Shown piece by piece: positions 27,713-37,528 of a DNA stretch of 64,000 bases (the first letter of the stretch is position 1; each line of letters begins with the position of its first letter). The notes below the pieces were generated by a model, which was not told the origin of the DNA, searched no databases, and saw nothing but the letters and a program-made list of their open reading frames with translations. Made by a program: the position numbers and the translations under genes. The DNA is from Patescibacteria group bacterium (GTDB lineage Bacteria > Patescibacteriota > UBA1384 > XYA2-FULL-43-10 > 1-14-0-10-43-13): positions 157,319-221,318 of the forward strand of contig JBAYHC010000002.1 of assembly GCA_041666325.1 (NCBI GenBank). Direction: 5' to 3'.

Positions 27713-28627
27713 TCAAAGGGTCAGGCCCTGGATGAGGCCATTATCGAGCGCAATATAAAGTGTATCCGGCGAAGCGGCAAGAGATGTAATTCTTCGATTG
27801 AAACGCATAACATTTGCAACTCGCTCGCAGTTACCGAGTTGTTCGAATAGTCCCAGTCTGAACACATCTTCGTTGTCTTCCTTGATCGCCGCTGCTAAAA
27901 TTTTGTCCCAGAGCGTCATGGCAGTAATCCAGCCATAATAAGTTCCAATGAAACGACCCTCGCGCCGCTCTGCCGCCACCTCCTCGACTAGATGCAAGCG
28001 TACCTCAGCTTGCGAGCCAATGGCAATCAGGTCTTTGCCGTAGGGGCCACAGGGCCGGATCGAGCTCATTGACCAGGCAAAACTTGTTCCATTGGTGCAA
28101 CCATCGTAATCTTCCTCGAAATCTCCCCAGCGATAGCGCTTGGTCTGTGCATCCGTTACGGCGATCAGATTCTTCTGTGAGTCAAAGTGGAGGCCAACCA
28201 CATTCTCTTTGCTGATCGGAATAAACTTGAGAAGACCGGGCAAGTGGATGTCCCAGATGCCAATCCCCTGGCAACTTCCACTGGCAATCAGGCCATTATT
28301 ACTGAAAGCCAAGGCCATTATCACATTCTTGTCGTGCGGGGAGTAGATCGCAACAGGATTTACCTCCCCTGGTTCTTCTTCAAGGCTATGGAGATAGATA
28401 TCGCCCTTAACGTTGCCGTAGGCTGCCAACTTGCCATCAGGTGAGACTGCTTGAGCGGTGAAATTGCGCAAGAAAGTGCCAGAGCTAGTCCTAACTTTCT
28501 GCTTCGTGTTGTAGACCCAGAAGCCTTTGCCGGCAGTGGCAACAAGCACCAGGCCATCATCGGAGATGACTAGCCTTGGTATATCCCCCTTCTTTATTCC
28601 AAGATGGGCCAAGTTGTAAAGGTTCAT
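27713..28627 (-). CDS. WD40/beta-propeller repeat protein (hypothetical)
   Basis: Repeated GxxDGxxxAxxxxxxxIxLW-type units (PDGKLAAYGNVKGDIYLHSL; GLIASGSCQGIGIWDI). Strong GGAGGTGA RBS. Confidence 0.55.
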   Translation of the reverse strand: MNLYNLAHLGIKKGDIPRLVISDDGLVLVATAGKGFWVYNTKQKVRTSSGTFLRNFTAQAVSPDGKLAAYGNVKGDIYLHSLEEEPGEVNPVAIYSPHDKNVIMALAFSNNGLIASGSCQGIGIWDIHLPGLLKFIPISKENVVGLHFDSQKNLIAVTDAQTKRYRWGDFEEDYDGCTNGTSFAWSMSSIRPCGPYGKDLIAIGSQAEVRLHLVEEVAAERREGRFIGTYYGWITAMTLWDKILAAAIKEDNEDVFRLGLFEQLGNCERVANVMRFNRRITSLAASPDTLYIALDNGLIQGLTL

Positions 28628-28703
28628 TCCCTCACCTCCATCAAATTGCAGGCCTAGGACCTGCGCTATCTGATCTATACCGTATTGTTGTTTGGTTGTC
28701 TAG

Positions 28704-30815
<2,112 letters not shown>

Positions 30816-30847
30816 TCAATACATAAAGATTAATTCTAAGGTGAAGT

Positions 30848-31303
30848 ATGGAGAATTTAGGACCAAAAGACATCAATGGTTTGTCTGAGAAGGACAGACA
30901 GATGCTGGAGCCTGGTGCGAAGGGCGAGAAGAAACCTGGTGCGGACGCAAAACCAGACAACGTCAGATCTCAGGACTCGCGCGAAGCAGGCGTTCTGCGC
31001 AAAATGGCACGCATAGCCAAGGATAAGGGTGAGATAGTTAAGCTCTTGGCGATGATTGCCAGCTATGAGCATGAGGTTCCGGGCAAGCGGCCGCAGCCTC
31101 CTATTCAGAAGACGGCTATTGTTCGGAATGAGTACGAAGGCCAAGTGGGCACTTCTCAGTCCAAAGCCATCCAGAGTGCTGAGTCTCGGCCGGTCAACAA
31201 ATCGCAAGCCTTTGAATTCGGCGGAAAACAGATAAATGTTTCGTCTCGAAGCCAGGAAAAAGGCACCAATCCACCCGGATCAGCGCAGGGAATCCCTGTT
31301 TAA
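30848..31303 (+). CDS. Hypothetical protein (151 aa), lysine/glutamate-rich
   Basis: ORF followed by a weak terminator-like hairpin at about 31333-31362. No family recognised. Confidence 0.4.
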   Translation: MENLGPKDINGLSEKDRQMLEPGAKGEKKPGADAKPDNVRSQDSREAGVLRKMARIAKDKGEIVKLLAMIASYEHEVPGKRPQPPIQKTAIVRNEYEGQVGTSQSKAIQSAESRPVNKSQAFEFGGKQINVSSRSQEKGTNPPGSAQGIPV

Positions 31304-31368
31304 TATTCAAAAAATGATGTCCTACACGTAAAATATGGTACATGGGCAAGGTCCCGGCCCAATTTTGT

Positions 31369-31397
31369 TGTTGCCCTCTTGACAAATATCCACGCCT
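31369..31397 (+). promoter_or_regulatory. Near-consensus sigma70 promoter (TTGACA-17-TGgTAGCAT) driving a non-coding GC-rich unit
   Basis: -35 TTGACA at 31369-31374, 17-nt spacer, extended -10 TGgTAGCAT ending at 31397. The predicted transcription start is about 31405. Confidence 0.6.
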
Positions 31398-31404
31398 GTG
31401 GTAG

Positions 31405-32550
31405 CATATTGGCCATATCGTCGATGACGTGAGCGACGTTCGGAAGGAAAGGACGGAGGAATGAAGATCCTCGCTGTTCGCTGACCGACACGCGGCGCGG
31501 GCGCTCCTGGCGAGCGCGGATGGTACTGACCTCTTGTAGGTCTGCGGCGAGGCCTTGCCTCACCCATCCGGTTTACGCCAGGCGGGCGTTCGTCCGCCCA
31601 GTTCAAAATCACTTCTGACGAGTTTCCGTCGGCCCAAACCGGCGGAAGGGTCCCGCAGGCAAACCCCTCCAGGGGGTCCGACCGCGACAACGCGGGACTC
31701 ATCACGATGACGGGAGGTACGCATGGTCACGACGCGCACCTCCGCCCAGCACAGCGTTAAGGCCGCTGGCTAGCCAGGCGGACGTCATCACCCACCCTTC
31801 GGTTCGGGAGGCGCGAATGAGGGTAACACCAAGAACGCGCGCCCGCATGGCGCAGGCATTCGGTGCCTGACCAGCCAGCGGGTCACATCATGTCGACTGC
31901 AAGACCGCACGACCAGGCTCCGGCTGATAACATCATGCCGGAACGCCAAAACAATGCGAATAGGAGCCGCTCGACTGAGCGCGGCGCGGACTTGATCCGG
32001 GCAGCCTTCCGCTCAGCGCCATTGAGCTCCTTGCCCCACATGGGGCCGCAATGCAGACGAGGGCCAGCGCCAAATCGGCCCTCACAAGTGCGTTTCAAGC
32101 AGTACCCACCAATAAAGCCCCGGTGAAACTCCGGGACCCTCAGCAAGCAGTGCCTACTAATGTCCGGGTGCAATTCCCGGCTCATGAGGTGCAAGATGAC
32201 TACATGCCAAGTGGCGACGGCGCGGGAAGAGGGTTCCCGTCTGCTATCGCCCCTGGGGTAGTCCACGGAGGGGTCCGGCGGGCGCGGGTTCGAAACCAGC
32301 GCAAAGCCGGCACAGACCGCCGACTAGGTCAAGTGCACAGGCCTAGACGGCCCAGAACGGGCAGCGCCCCTGCCCCGGCCCGCCAGCCTCAGGCTGGAAG
32401 ACAAAAAGGGGTCGGGCGCCTCACGGCGCGCCCACAGGACGCCGGCGCAAGCGCCGGCCGGATCACTCCGCGGGCGTGGGGAGAGCGGCTTTCGCCGCCT
32501 CCCCGCCCCAATCTCAGACGGCAGTCAACCACGACTGCCTGTTTTTTTTA
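31405..32550 (+). ncRNA. Candidate large structured non-coding RNA (about 1.15 kb, about 65% GC); class undetermined
   Basis: Bounded by a strong promoter and a canonical intrinsic terminator. It contains only short Arg/Pro-rich frames typical of GC-rich non-coding DNA, and has many local and long-range stems. A sub-segment (about 32108-32160) loosely resembles the RNase P CR-II/P11 region (GGTGAAACTCC...AGCAAG). No tmRNA or RNase P identity could be established by eye. Confidence 0.4.
32520..32550 (+). terminator. Intrinsic terminator (GGCAGT-CAACCACG-ACTGCC followed by TGTTTTTTTT)
   Basis: Perfect 6-bp GC stem followed by a U8 tract. Confidence 0.8.
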
Positions 32551-32563
32551 TTTAGAATCCATA

Positions 32564-32601
32564 TTATGCTGAAAACAGTCGATCGTGTATAATCAGCATA
32601 A
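32564..32601 (+). promoter_or_regulatory. Operator-like 9-bp inverted repeat (TTATGCTGA...TCAGCATAA) enclosing GTCGATCGTG and the TATAAT -10 of the PaaX-like gene
   Basis: Perfect IR seen in the sequence. It overlaps the TATAAT box at 32588-32593, about 35 nt upstream of the ATG. This is copy 1 of the motif TGCTGAAnAnnGTCGATCGTGyATA. Confidence 0.5.
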
Positions 32602-32631
32602 GATTATTTAGTACTCAAACAGGAGTGGGCG

Positions 32632-33228
32632 ATGACAAATATCAGAGGTAAGAAGATCATAGAATGGAGAGACGAGAACTACTATAGACGCAGAAGACCG
32701 ATGGCCCAAAAAGCAAGATCTACCGTTGAAGCAACGCTTGATCTGTTGTTGGCAGTGCCGGAGAGTTTGGTGGCAGTGTTTGAGCGAAGGTCAATCTACG
32801 AAGCAATAAGCACTTCTTCGGAAAAAGTGTTGACGGTTGAGAATATCAGTAAGATTTTTCATGGCCTGAAGCGCACTGGATACATCGAAACTACCAAGGA
32901 CAGTAGTGGCCTTGAGTCAGTCCAATTTACCAATAAAGCTAAGCTAAGAGTCATTGATGCAATTGCCGGTTGCCAGGGTTGGGATGAGAAATATCGTTTG
33001 GTTTCATTTGATATTCCTGAACGAATGAGGAACAATCGCGACAAGTTTCGTCGGGCAATCAAGAGGATCGGATTTAGGCAGATCCAAAAAAGCCTCTGGG
33101 TATGCAATCGGAACGTCGAAGAGCTGGTCGGCGTCGCATCGAACGAATACGGTGTTTCGACCTACACTGTCTGTGTCATTGCCGACAAGACAGATATCGA
33201 TAGCGCTATCAGCAAGATGTTCAAATAA
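32632..33228 (+). CDS. PaaX-like transcriptional regulator (N-terminal winged helix plus PaaX_C-type C-terminal domain)
   Basis: wHTH-like segment (ISKIFHGLKRTGYIE) and a C-terminal region colinear with E. coli PaaX (WDEKYRLVSFDIPERMRNNRDKFRRAIKRIGFRQIQKSLWV versus WDGKWLLLLSEGL...VKKQLIWQGFGALAPSLMA). AGGAGTGGG RBS. Confidence 0.6.
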   Translation: MTNIRGKKIIEWRDENYYRRRRPMAQKARSTVEATLDLLLAVPESLVAVFERRSIYEAISTSSEKVLTVENISKIFHGLKRTGYIETTKDSSGLESVQFTNKAKLRVIDAIAGCQGWDEKYRLVSFDIPERMRNNRDKFRRAIKRIGFRQIQKSLWVCNRNVEELVGVASNEYGVSTYTVCVIADKTDIDSAISKMFK

Positions 33229-33259
33229 GGGTGGATATATTTTTTGAATGAAGAATCCT

Positions 33260-33287
33260 CTGCTGAATATCGTCGATCGTGCATAGG
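33260..33287 (+). promoter_or_regulatory. Second copy of the motif (CTGCTGAATATCGTCGATCGTGCATAGG), downstream of the PaaX-like gene and upstream of the second GC-rich unit
   Basis: 20 of 23 positions identical to copy 1 at 32569-32595. Confidence 0.45.
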
Positions 33288-33386
33288 CATAGGAAGATAT
33301 GAAGACGCGGTGGCGGGAAACATTTTTGTGGATAAATATTTAATTCAGGTATTGCAATTGCCGGAAAGTCTGCTAACATAGCATTA

Positions 33387-33765
33387 AATCTGGCAGGGCC
33401 AGCACTATCCAGTCCGGAGTTTACTCCTGTAAAGGTCGAGGACTGGAATCGGCTCTGTTGGGTTCGAGTCAGTGGTTGGCACCCCTCTGCGGGGTCGCAG
33501 CGCCGCTGGCTCTAGGAGAACACCATTGCCACTCACTCTCCGCCGGCCGTCGTGGTCGGCAACAGCAACAAGCTGATCGATGCTGCGACCCGGAACGACC
33601 TGGGCGCGCACGCCAAGCAGGAGTCCCTGACGGGCTGACACATCACCAACAACCACAGCCATAAGGGGAACGAAGGGGTCATTGACCCGAGTTGATGCCA
33701 CCGGGGCATCGACATCGACATGCGGGAGCATGCACCCACCCGGGGTGTGTGCCCCCGCTCTTTTT
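33387..33765 (+). ncRNA. Second candidate structured non-coding RNA (about 380 nt, GC-rich); class undetermined
   Basis: Candidate promoter TTGCAA-16-TAACAT (33353-33380). Downstream hairpin CGGGG-TGTGTGC-CCCCG followed by CTCTTTTT at about 33741-33765. No credible ORF. Contains a T-loop-like GGGTTCGAGTC sequence, but no tRNA fold could be built around it. Confidence 0.3.
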
Positions 33766-33977
33766 GTATCCAGGGTGCAAGCAGCAATATGAAGGGCGAG
33801 AGCAAGGGGATCCTTTGCGCGAATTCGTTCGAATCAATGTCGAAGGATTCAGGATGACAGGGCGGCAGGATGGCGGGAAAGAGGAGCGTCCTTGAATCCG
33901 GAGTCTGGAAGTGGTAAGCTGAGGCCATAGTTCTTAAAGTTTGTAAAGTTCTTAAAGTTGAAATGTAAATTTCTATA

Positions 33978-34295
33978 TTGCCTTATGAACCTTATGAACA
34001 AATTGACATGATTGATATCGAACAAGTAAAACATATTGCCAAGTTGTCTCGATTGGAATTAACACCCGAAGAGGAGAAGAAATACTCAGAACAGCTCTCC
34101 TCGATTTTGGATTATGTTGAACAATTAAATGAAGTTAATACAGACGGTATTCCGCCCATGGCCAATATTACCGGCATGTCCAACGTGTTTCGCGATGACG
34201 GAGTAGAGCCATCCGGTATTTCGCATACCGACATTGCTCAGAATGCGCCAGAGTTTAGAGACGGGTCTTTTGTCGTGCCAGGAGTATTTGAGTGA
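33978..34295 (+). CDS. gatC: Asp/Glu-tRNA(Asn/Gln) amidotransferase subunit C
   Basis: GatC-like sequence (VKHIAKLSRLELTPEEEKKYSEQLSSILDYVEQLNEV) immediately upstream of gatA. The start may be the Met at 34008. Confidence 0.8.
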   Translation: MPYEPYEQIDMIDIEQVKHIAKLSRLELTPEEEKKYSEQLSSILDYVEQLNEVNTDGIPPMANITGMSNVFRDDGVEPSGISHTDIAQNAPEFRDGSFVVPGVFE

Positions 34296-34403
34296 GCGCG
34301 AATACGCGCAGATGAGAAAGCTAATACGTGTAGATATTCTTCGAGGGAGTGAGGCGGGCGAATCGAGAAGTCTTAAAAAGTTCTCGACAAGCTCGAACAG
34401 TAT

Positions 34404-35909
34404 ATGGGCTTAGAACAGCTGACAATCAAAGAGGCGAGCGAGAAGCTGGCCAAGGGAGAGATTACTTCGGTCGAATTAACCGAGGCGGTTTTGGCGCGAA
34501 TCGATGAGATCGATCCGAAGGTGGGATCGTTTATCACAGTGACCAATAATCTTGCGCTCGAGAAGGCCAGGGAATCAGATGCGAGAAGAAGGTCTGGTGA
34601 GACTAAGGGGAACCTTGATGGTATTCCCGTTGCTGTTAAAGATTGCTTTTTGACCAAGGGCATAAAAACCACTTCGGGATCAAGAATACTGGAGGATTTC
34701 ATTCCTGTGTATGAGTCGACAGTGACGCGGAAACTTTGGGAGGCCGGCGCAGTTCTGATAGGCAAGACCAACCTGGATGAATTTACTATGGGCTCGTCGA
34801 CTGAAACCTCAGCCTATAACACATCGACTGAGTTTAACTCACCAACCCGTAATCCGTGGGACTTGGGGCGAGTACCCGGGGGTTCCTCCGGTGGATCTGC
34901 TGCAGCTGTTGCTGCCGATGAATGTATTGCAGCGGTCGGTACGGATACCGGCGGATCAATTCGTCAACCAGCCGGTCTTTGTGGTGTTACTGGTATTAGG
35001 GCAAGCTATGGTCGTGTGTCACGTTTTGGATCAACCGCCATGGCCTCATCGCTCGATCAAGCCGGATCTTTCGGCAAGACAGTCGAAGATGCGGCGATCA
35101 TGCTTGAGGCTATCTCGGGGCACGACAAATATGATTCAACTAGTTCAGAAAAAACCGTTCCAAAGTATTCCGACCTATTGGAAGACAAAGCTAAGGGTTG
35201 GAAGATAGGCATTCCGGAAGAATTTTACGGTGAAGGTATGGACGTTGATGTCGAGGCAAAGATTAGGGCTGCCGCTGATAAATTTGTCAAGATGGGTGCT
35301 AAATTAGTGCCAGTTTCACTGCCGATAATCAAATACGCGCTTGCATCGTACTACATTCTTATGCCAGCCGAAGTCTCGTCAAATATGGCCCGTTATGACG
35401 GCATCAGATTCGGATACTCAAAGCTAAAAGGCGACCGGTCAGAAGCAGAAACTTTAATGGATATTTATCTTAAGAGTAGGGCAGAGGGTTTTGGAGCAGA
35501 GGTCAAGAGGCGAATTATGCTCGGATCATATGTTTTGTCAGCTGGCTATTACGACGCCTATTATAAGAAAGCTCAACGAGTTCGAACTTTGATTAAGAAA
35601 GAATTTGACAAGGTTTTTGAGTCGGTTGATTTCTTGTTGACACCAGTTTCTCCAACTCCTGCTTTTAAGTTCGGGGAGAAAACAACCGACCCTCTCTCAA
35701 TGTACATGGCTGATATTAATACCGTACCGGTGAACATTGCCGGTCTGCCTGGTATAAGTCTTCCGGCCGGATTTGTGGAGCGCGATGACAAAGATTTGCC
35801 AGTGGGAATGCAGTTGATTGGGCCGATGTGGGGAGAGGAGACTTTGTTGCGAGCGGGACACGTATTCCAGCTAGAGACTGATTGGCACCTAAGAAAACCT
35901 CAAATTTAA
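34404..35909 (+). CDS. gatA: Glutamyl-tRNA(Gln) amidotransferase subunit A (amidase signature family)
   Basis: Amidase signature GGSSGGSAAAVAA with Ser-cisSer-Lys triad context; 501 aa. Confidence 0.9.
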   Translation: MGLEQLTIKEASEKLAKGEITSVELTEAVLARIDEIDPKVGSFITVTNNLALEKARESDARRRSGETKGNLDGIPVAVKDCFLTKGIKTTSGSRILEDFIPVYESTVTRKLWEAGAVLIGKTNLDEFTMGSSTETSAYNTSTEFNSPTRNPWDLGRVPGGSSGGSAAAVAADECIAAVGTDTGGSIRQPAGLCGVTGIRASYGRVSRFGSTAMASSLDQAGSFGKTVEDAAIMLEAISGHDKYDSTSSEKTVPKYSDLLEDKAKGWKIGIPEEFYGEGMDVDVEAKIRAAADKFVKMGAKLVPVSLPIIKYALASYYILMPAEVSSNMARYDGIRFGYSKLKGDRSEAETLMDIYLKSRAEGFGAEVKRRIMLGSYVLSAGYYDAYYKKAQRVRTLIKKEFDKVFESVDFLLTPVSPTPAFKFGEKTTDPLSMYMADINTVPVNIAGLPGISLPAGFVERDDKDLPVGMQLIGPMWGEETLLRAGHVFQLETDWHLRKPQI

Positions 35910-35925
35910 TTTTTAAGGACTACCA

Positions 35926-36684
35926 ATGGGCAAAAGGGCACAACAAAAAAGACAAGAGAAGATCGAGGCAGAAAATCGCCGCAAGGACGAGATCAGTGCG
36001 CGGCTGAAGGAAAAGCAGCCCTGGCTCTATTTCTGGCGACGGGTTGATTTTTGGATATTGACCGCCTGTTTTCTTTTGGTCATTGCTTTTCCTTTTGTTA
36101 ACCCATACTTAAGCAGAGTAAGGAGTGGGGCCAACAAGAGTGGCAATCTGGCAGTCATCAAGACGTCTGTCGGAGATATTAAGGTTGCGCTTTACCCAAA
36201 TGATGCGCCAAAAACGGTTGATAACTTTATTCAGCTTTCAAAGAGAGGTTATTACAATAATACGACGTTTCACCGGGTAATCAGGGACTTTGTGATCCAG
36301 GGCGGTGACCCCAAGGGTGATGGCACCGGTGGAGAGAGCGCCTTTGGCGCGGCGCTTGAAGATGAAATTAATCCGAGATCTCTCGGATTGTCTCCAGAGC
36401 AGATCACCTCGCTCGAGCAAGAGGGCTACAGGTATAATTATGCACTAAATTCACACAAGCTTACCCCTGGTGTCATTGCAATGGCCAACTCTGGCCCAAA
36501 CAGCAATGGAAGCCAATTCTTCATAGTGACCGAAAAACCACAGCCTCATCTTGATGGCAAGCATACTGTTTTTGGCGAGGTGACAGAGGGCATGGACATT
36601 GTGCGTCTAATTGCTTCGGTTGAGGTTGGCGAGGGGGATAAGCCCAAGGAGCCGATAACTGTTTATACGGTGGAGATTAGATAG
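35926..36684 (+). CDS. Cyclophilin-type peptidyl-prolyl cis-trans isomerase with an N-terminal membrane anchor
   Basis: FHRVIRDFVIQGGDP...GTGGES cyclophilin core; N-terminal TM helix. Confidence 0.85.
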   Translation: MGKRAQQKRQEKIEAENRRKDEISARLKEKQPWLYFWRRVDFWILTACFLLVIAFPFVNPYLSRVRSGANKSGNLAVIKTSVGDIKVALYPNDAPKTVDNFIQLSKRGYYNNTTFHRVIRDFVIQGGDPKGDGTGGESAFGAALEDEINPRSLGLSPEQITSLEQEGYRYNYALNSHKLTPGVIAMANSGPNSNGSQFFIVTEKPQPHLDGKHTVFGEVTEGMDIVRLIASVEVGEGDKPKEPITVYTVEIR

Positions 36685-36715
36685 CTGTAATTCACATACT
36701 ACGAATCGGAACTAT

Positions 36716-37171
36716 ATGACCAAGCAATATAGAAAGCACAAAAATCAGCAAACAGTTCTTGAGTCAATCGTTTTGGGTTTATTCCAATTGGTTGCCTCGC
36801 TCTTCCATATTGCTATCAAAGGATTTCGAAAACGGGGTGGTATTTCTACTGCTGACAAGAATGAGATCGTCAGGCGTCGGCTTATTGTTGAGGCCATGCT
36901 TGAGTCCAATAACATTCACGAGCTTCGCCAGGCTGTGTTCGAGGCCGACAAGCTGGTTGACCACACATTGAAAACCAAAGGCTTCGATGGAGATACCTTT
37001 GCCTCACGATTGCGTGCCGCTGAATCATCGATCGACTCAGGCATGTACAACCAGATCTGGCAAGGTCACAAGATAAGAAACCAGCTAGCGCACGAGCATG
37101 ATCGTGGTGTTGATCAATACGAGCTGAGGAATGCTGCCGAGAAGTTGCTCAGATATATTAGGGAGCTATAG
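36716..37171 (+). CDS. Membrane-anchored HEPN-like protein (HepT/DUF86-like RNxxxH motif)
   Basis: N-terminal TM (VLESIVLGLFQLVASLF) and a C-terminal KIRNQLAHEHD motif (R-x4-H). No MntA-type partner is present. Confidence 0.35.
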   Translation: MTKQYRKHKNQQTVLESIVLGLFQLVASLFHIAIKGFRKRGGISTADKNEIVRRRLIVEAMLESNNIHELRQAVFEADKLVDHTLKTKGFDGDTFASRLRAAESSIDSGMYNQIWQGHKIRNQLAHEHDRGVDQYELRNAAEKLLRYIREL

Positions 37172-37172
37172 G

Positions 37173-37526
37173 ATGCAGATAAAATTAGAAAAGGGTTCGC
37201 CCAAGAAAGTACTGAAGGCTTTGTTGGAAACTCCGGTAGCAGTTTCTCTTTTTGCTTTGGTATATATCGTCATCACCTACTCGTTCTCTGTTTTTTTCTC
37301 GGGTAACGGTGATTCACTCTGGATTCAAGCAGCGAACACGATTGGCTTCTATGTAGGTTTTCTCTTAACTTGGTGGGTTGGTTTCTACTCAATCTATTTA
37401 TGGTTAAGGAAGTTGTGCAAGACGGAACAATCCAAGATCATGTTGTCGGCTATTTGGTTGATCCTCGCTGCTTTGGTTGTAGCGATTTTTATCTATCCGA
37501 TGTTCGCATTTAATTCCATAGACTAA
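37173..37526 (+). CDS. Small polytopic membrane protein (hypothetical). The ORF track begins at 37131; the likely start is 37173
   Basis: Three predicted TM helices. The start codon lies 2 nt after the preceding stop. Confidence 0.35.
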   Translation: MQIKLEKGSPKKVLKALLETPVAVSLFALVYIVITYSFSVFFSGNGDSLWIQAANTIGFYVGFLLTWWVGFYSIYLWLRKLCKTEQSKIMLSAIWLILAALVVAIFIYPMFAFNSID

Positions 37527-37528
37527 CA

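Noticed and set aside
32270-32300. tRNA/tmRNA-like T-arm (GCGGG-TTCGAAA-CCAGC)
   Set aside because: The T-stem has a mismatch, no complementary acceptor strand lies 65-75 nt upstream, and no CCA follows. A canonical tRNA or one-piece tmRNA 3' end therefore cannot be built here.
31405-32550. Assigning the large GC-rich unit to RNase P RNA or tmRNA
   Set aside because: Only a loose resemblance to one RNase P conserved region was seen. The universally conserved P4 strands (GGAAAGUCCGG / ACAGAANCCGGCUUA), a tmRNA tag reading frame and the CCA end could not be located by eye. Identity is left open and flagged for a covariance-model search.
32051-32572. 173-aa plus-strand ORF (Arg/Pro/Gly-rich) and other 87-127-aa ORFs on both strands inside the GC-rich unit
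   Set aside because: The composition is typical of spurious frames in high-GC non-coding DNA. The ORFs overlap one another on both strands, have no RBS and cross the intrinsic terminator, so they are treated as non-coding.
33445-33470. GGGTTCGAGTC T-loop-like sequence
   Set aside because: The flanking 5-mers are not complementary, so no cloverleaf can be formed. It may still be part of a larger RNA.
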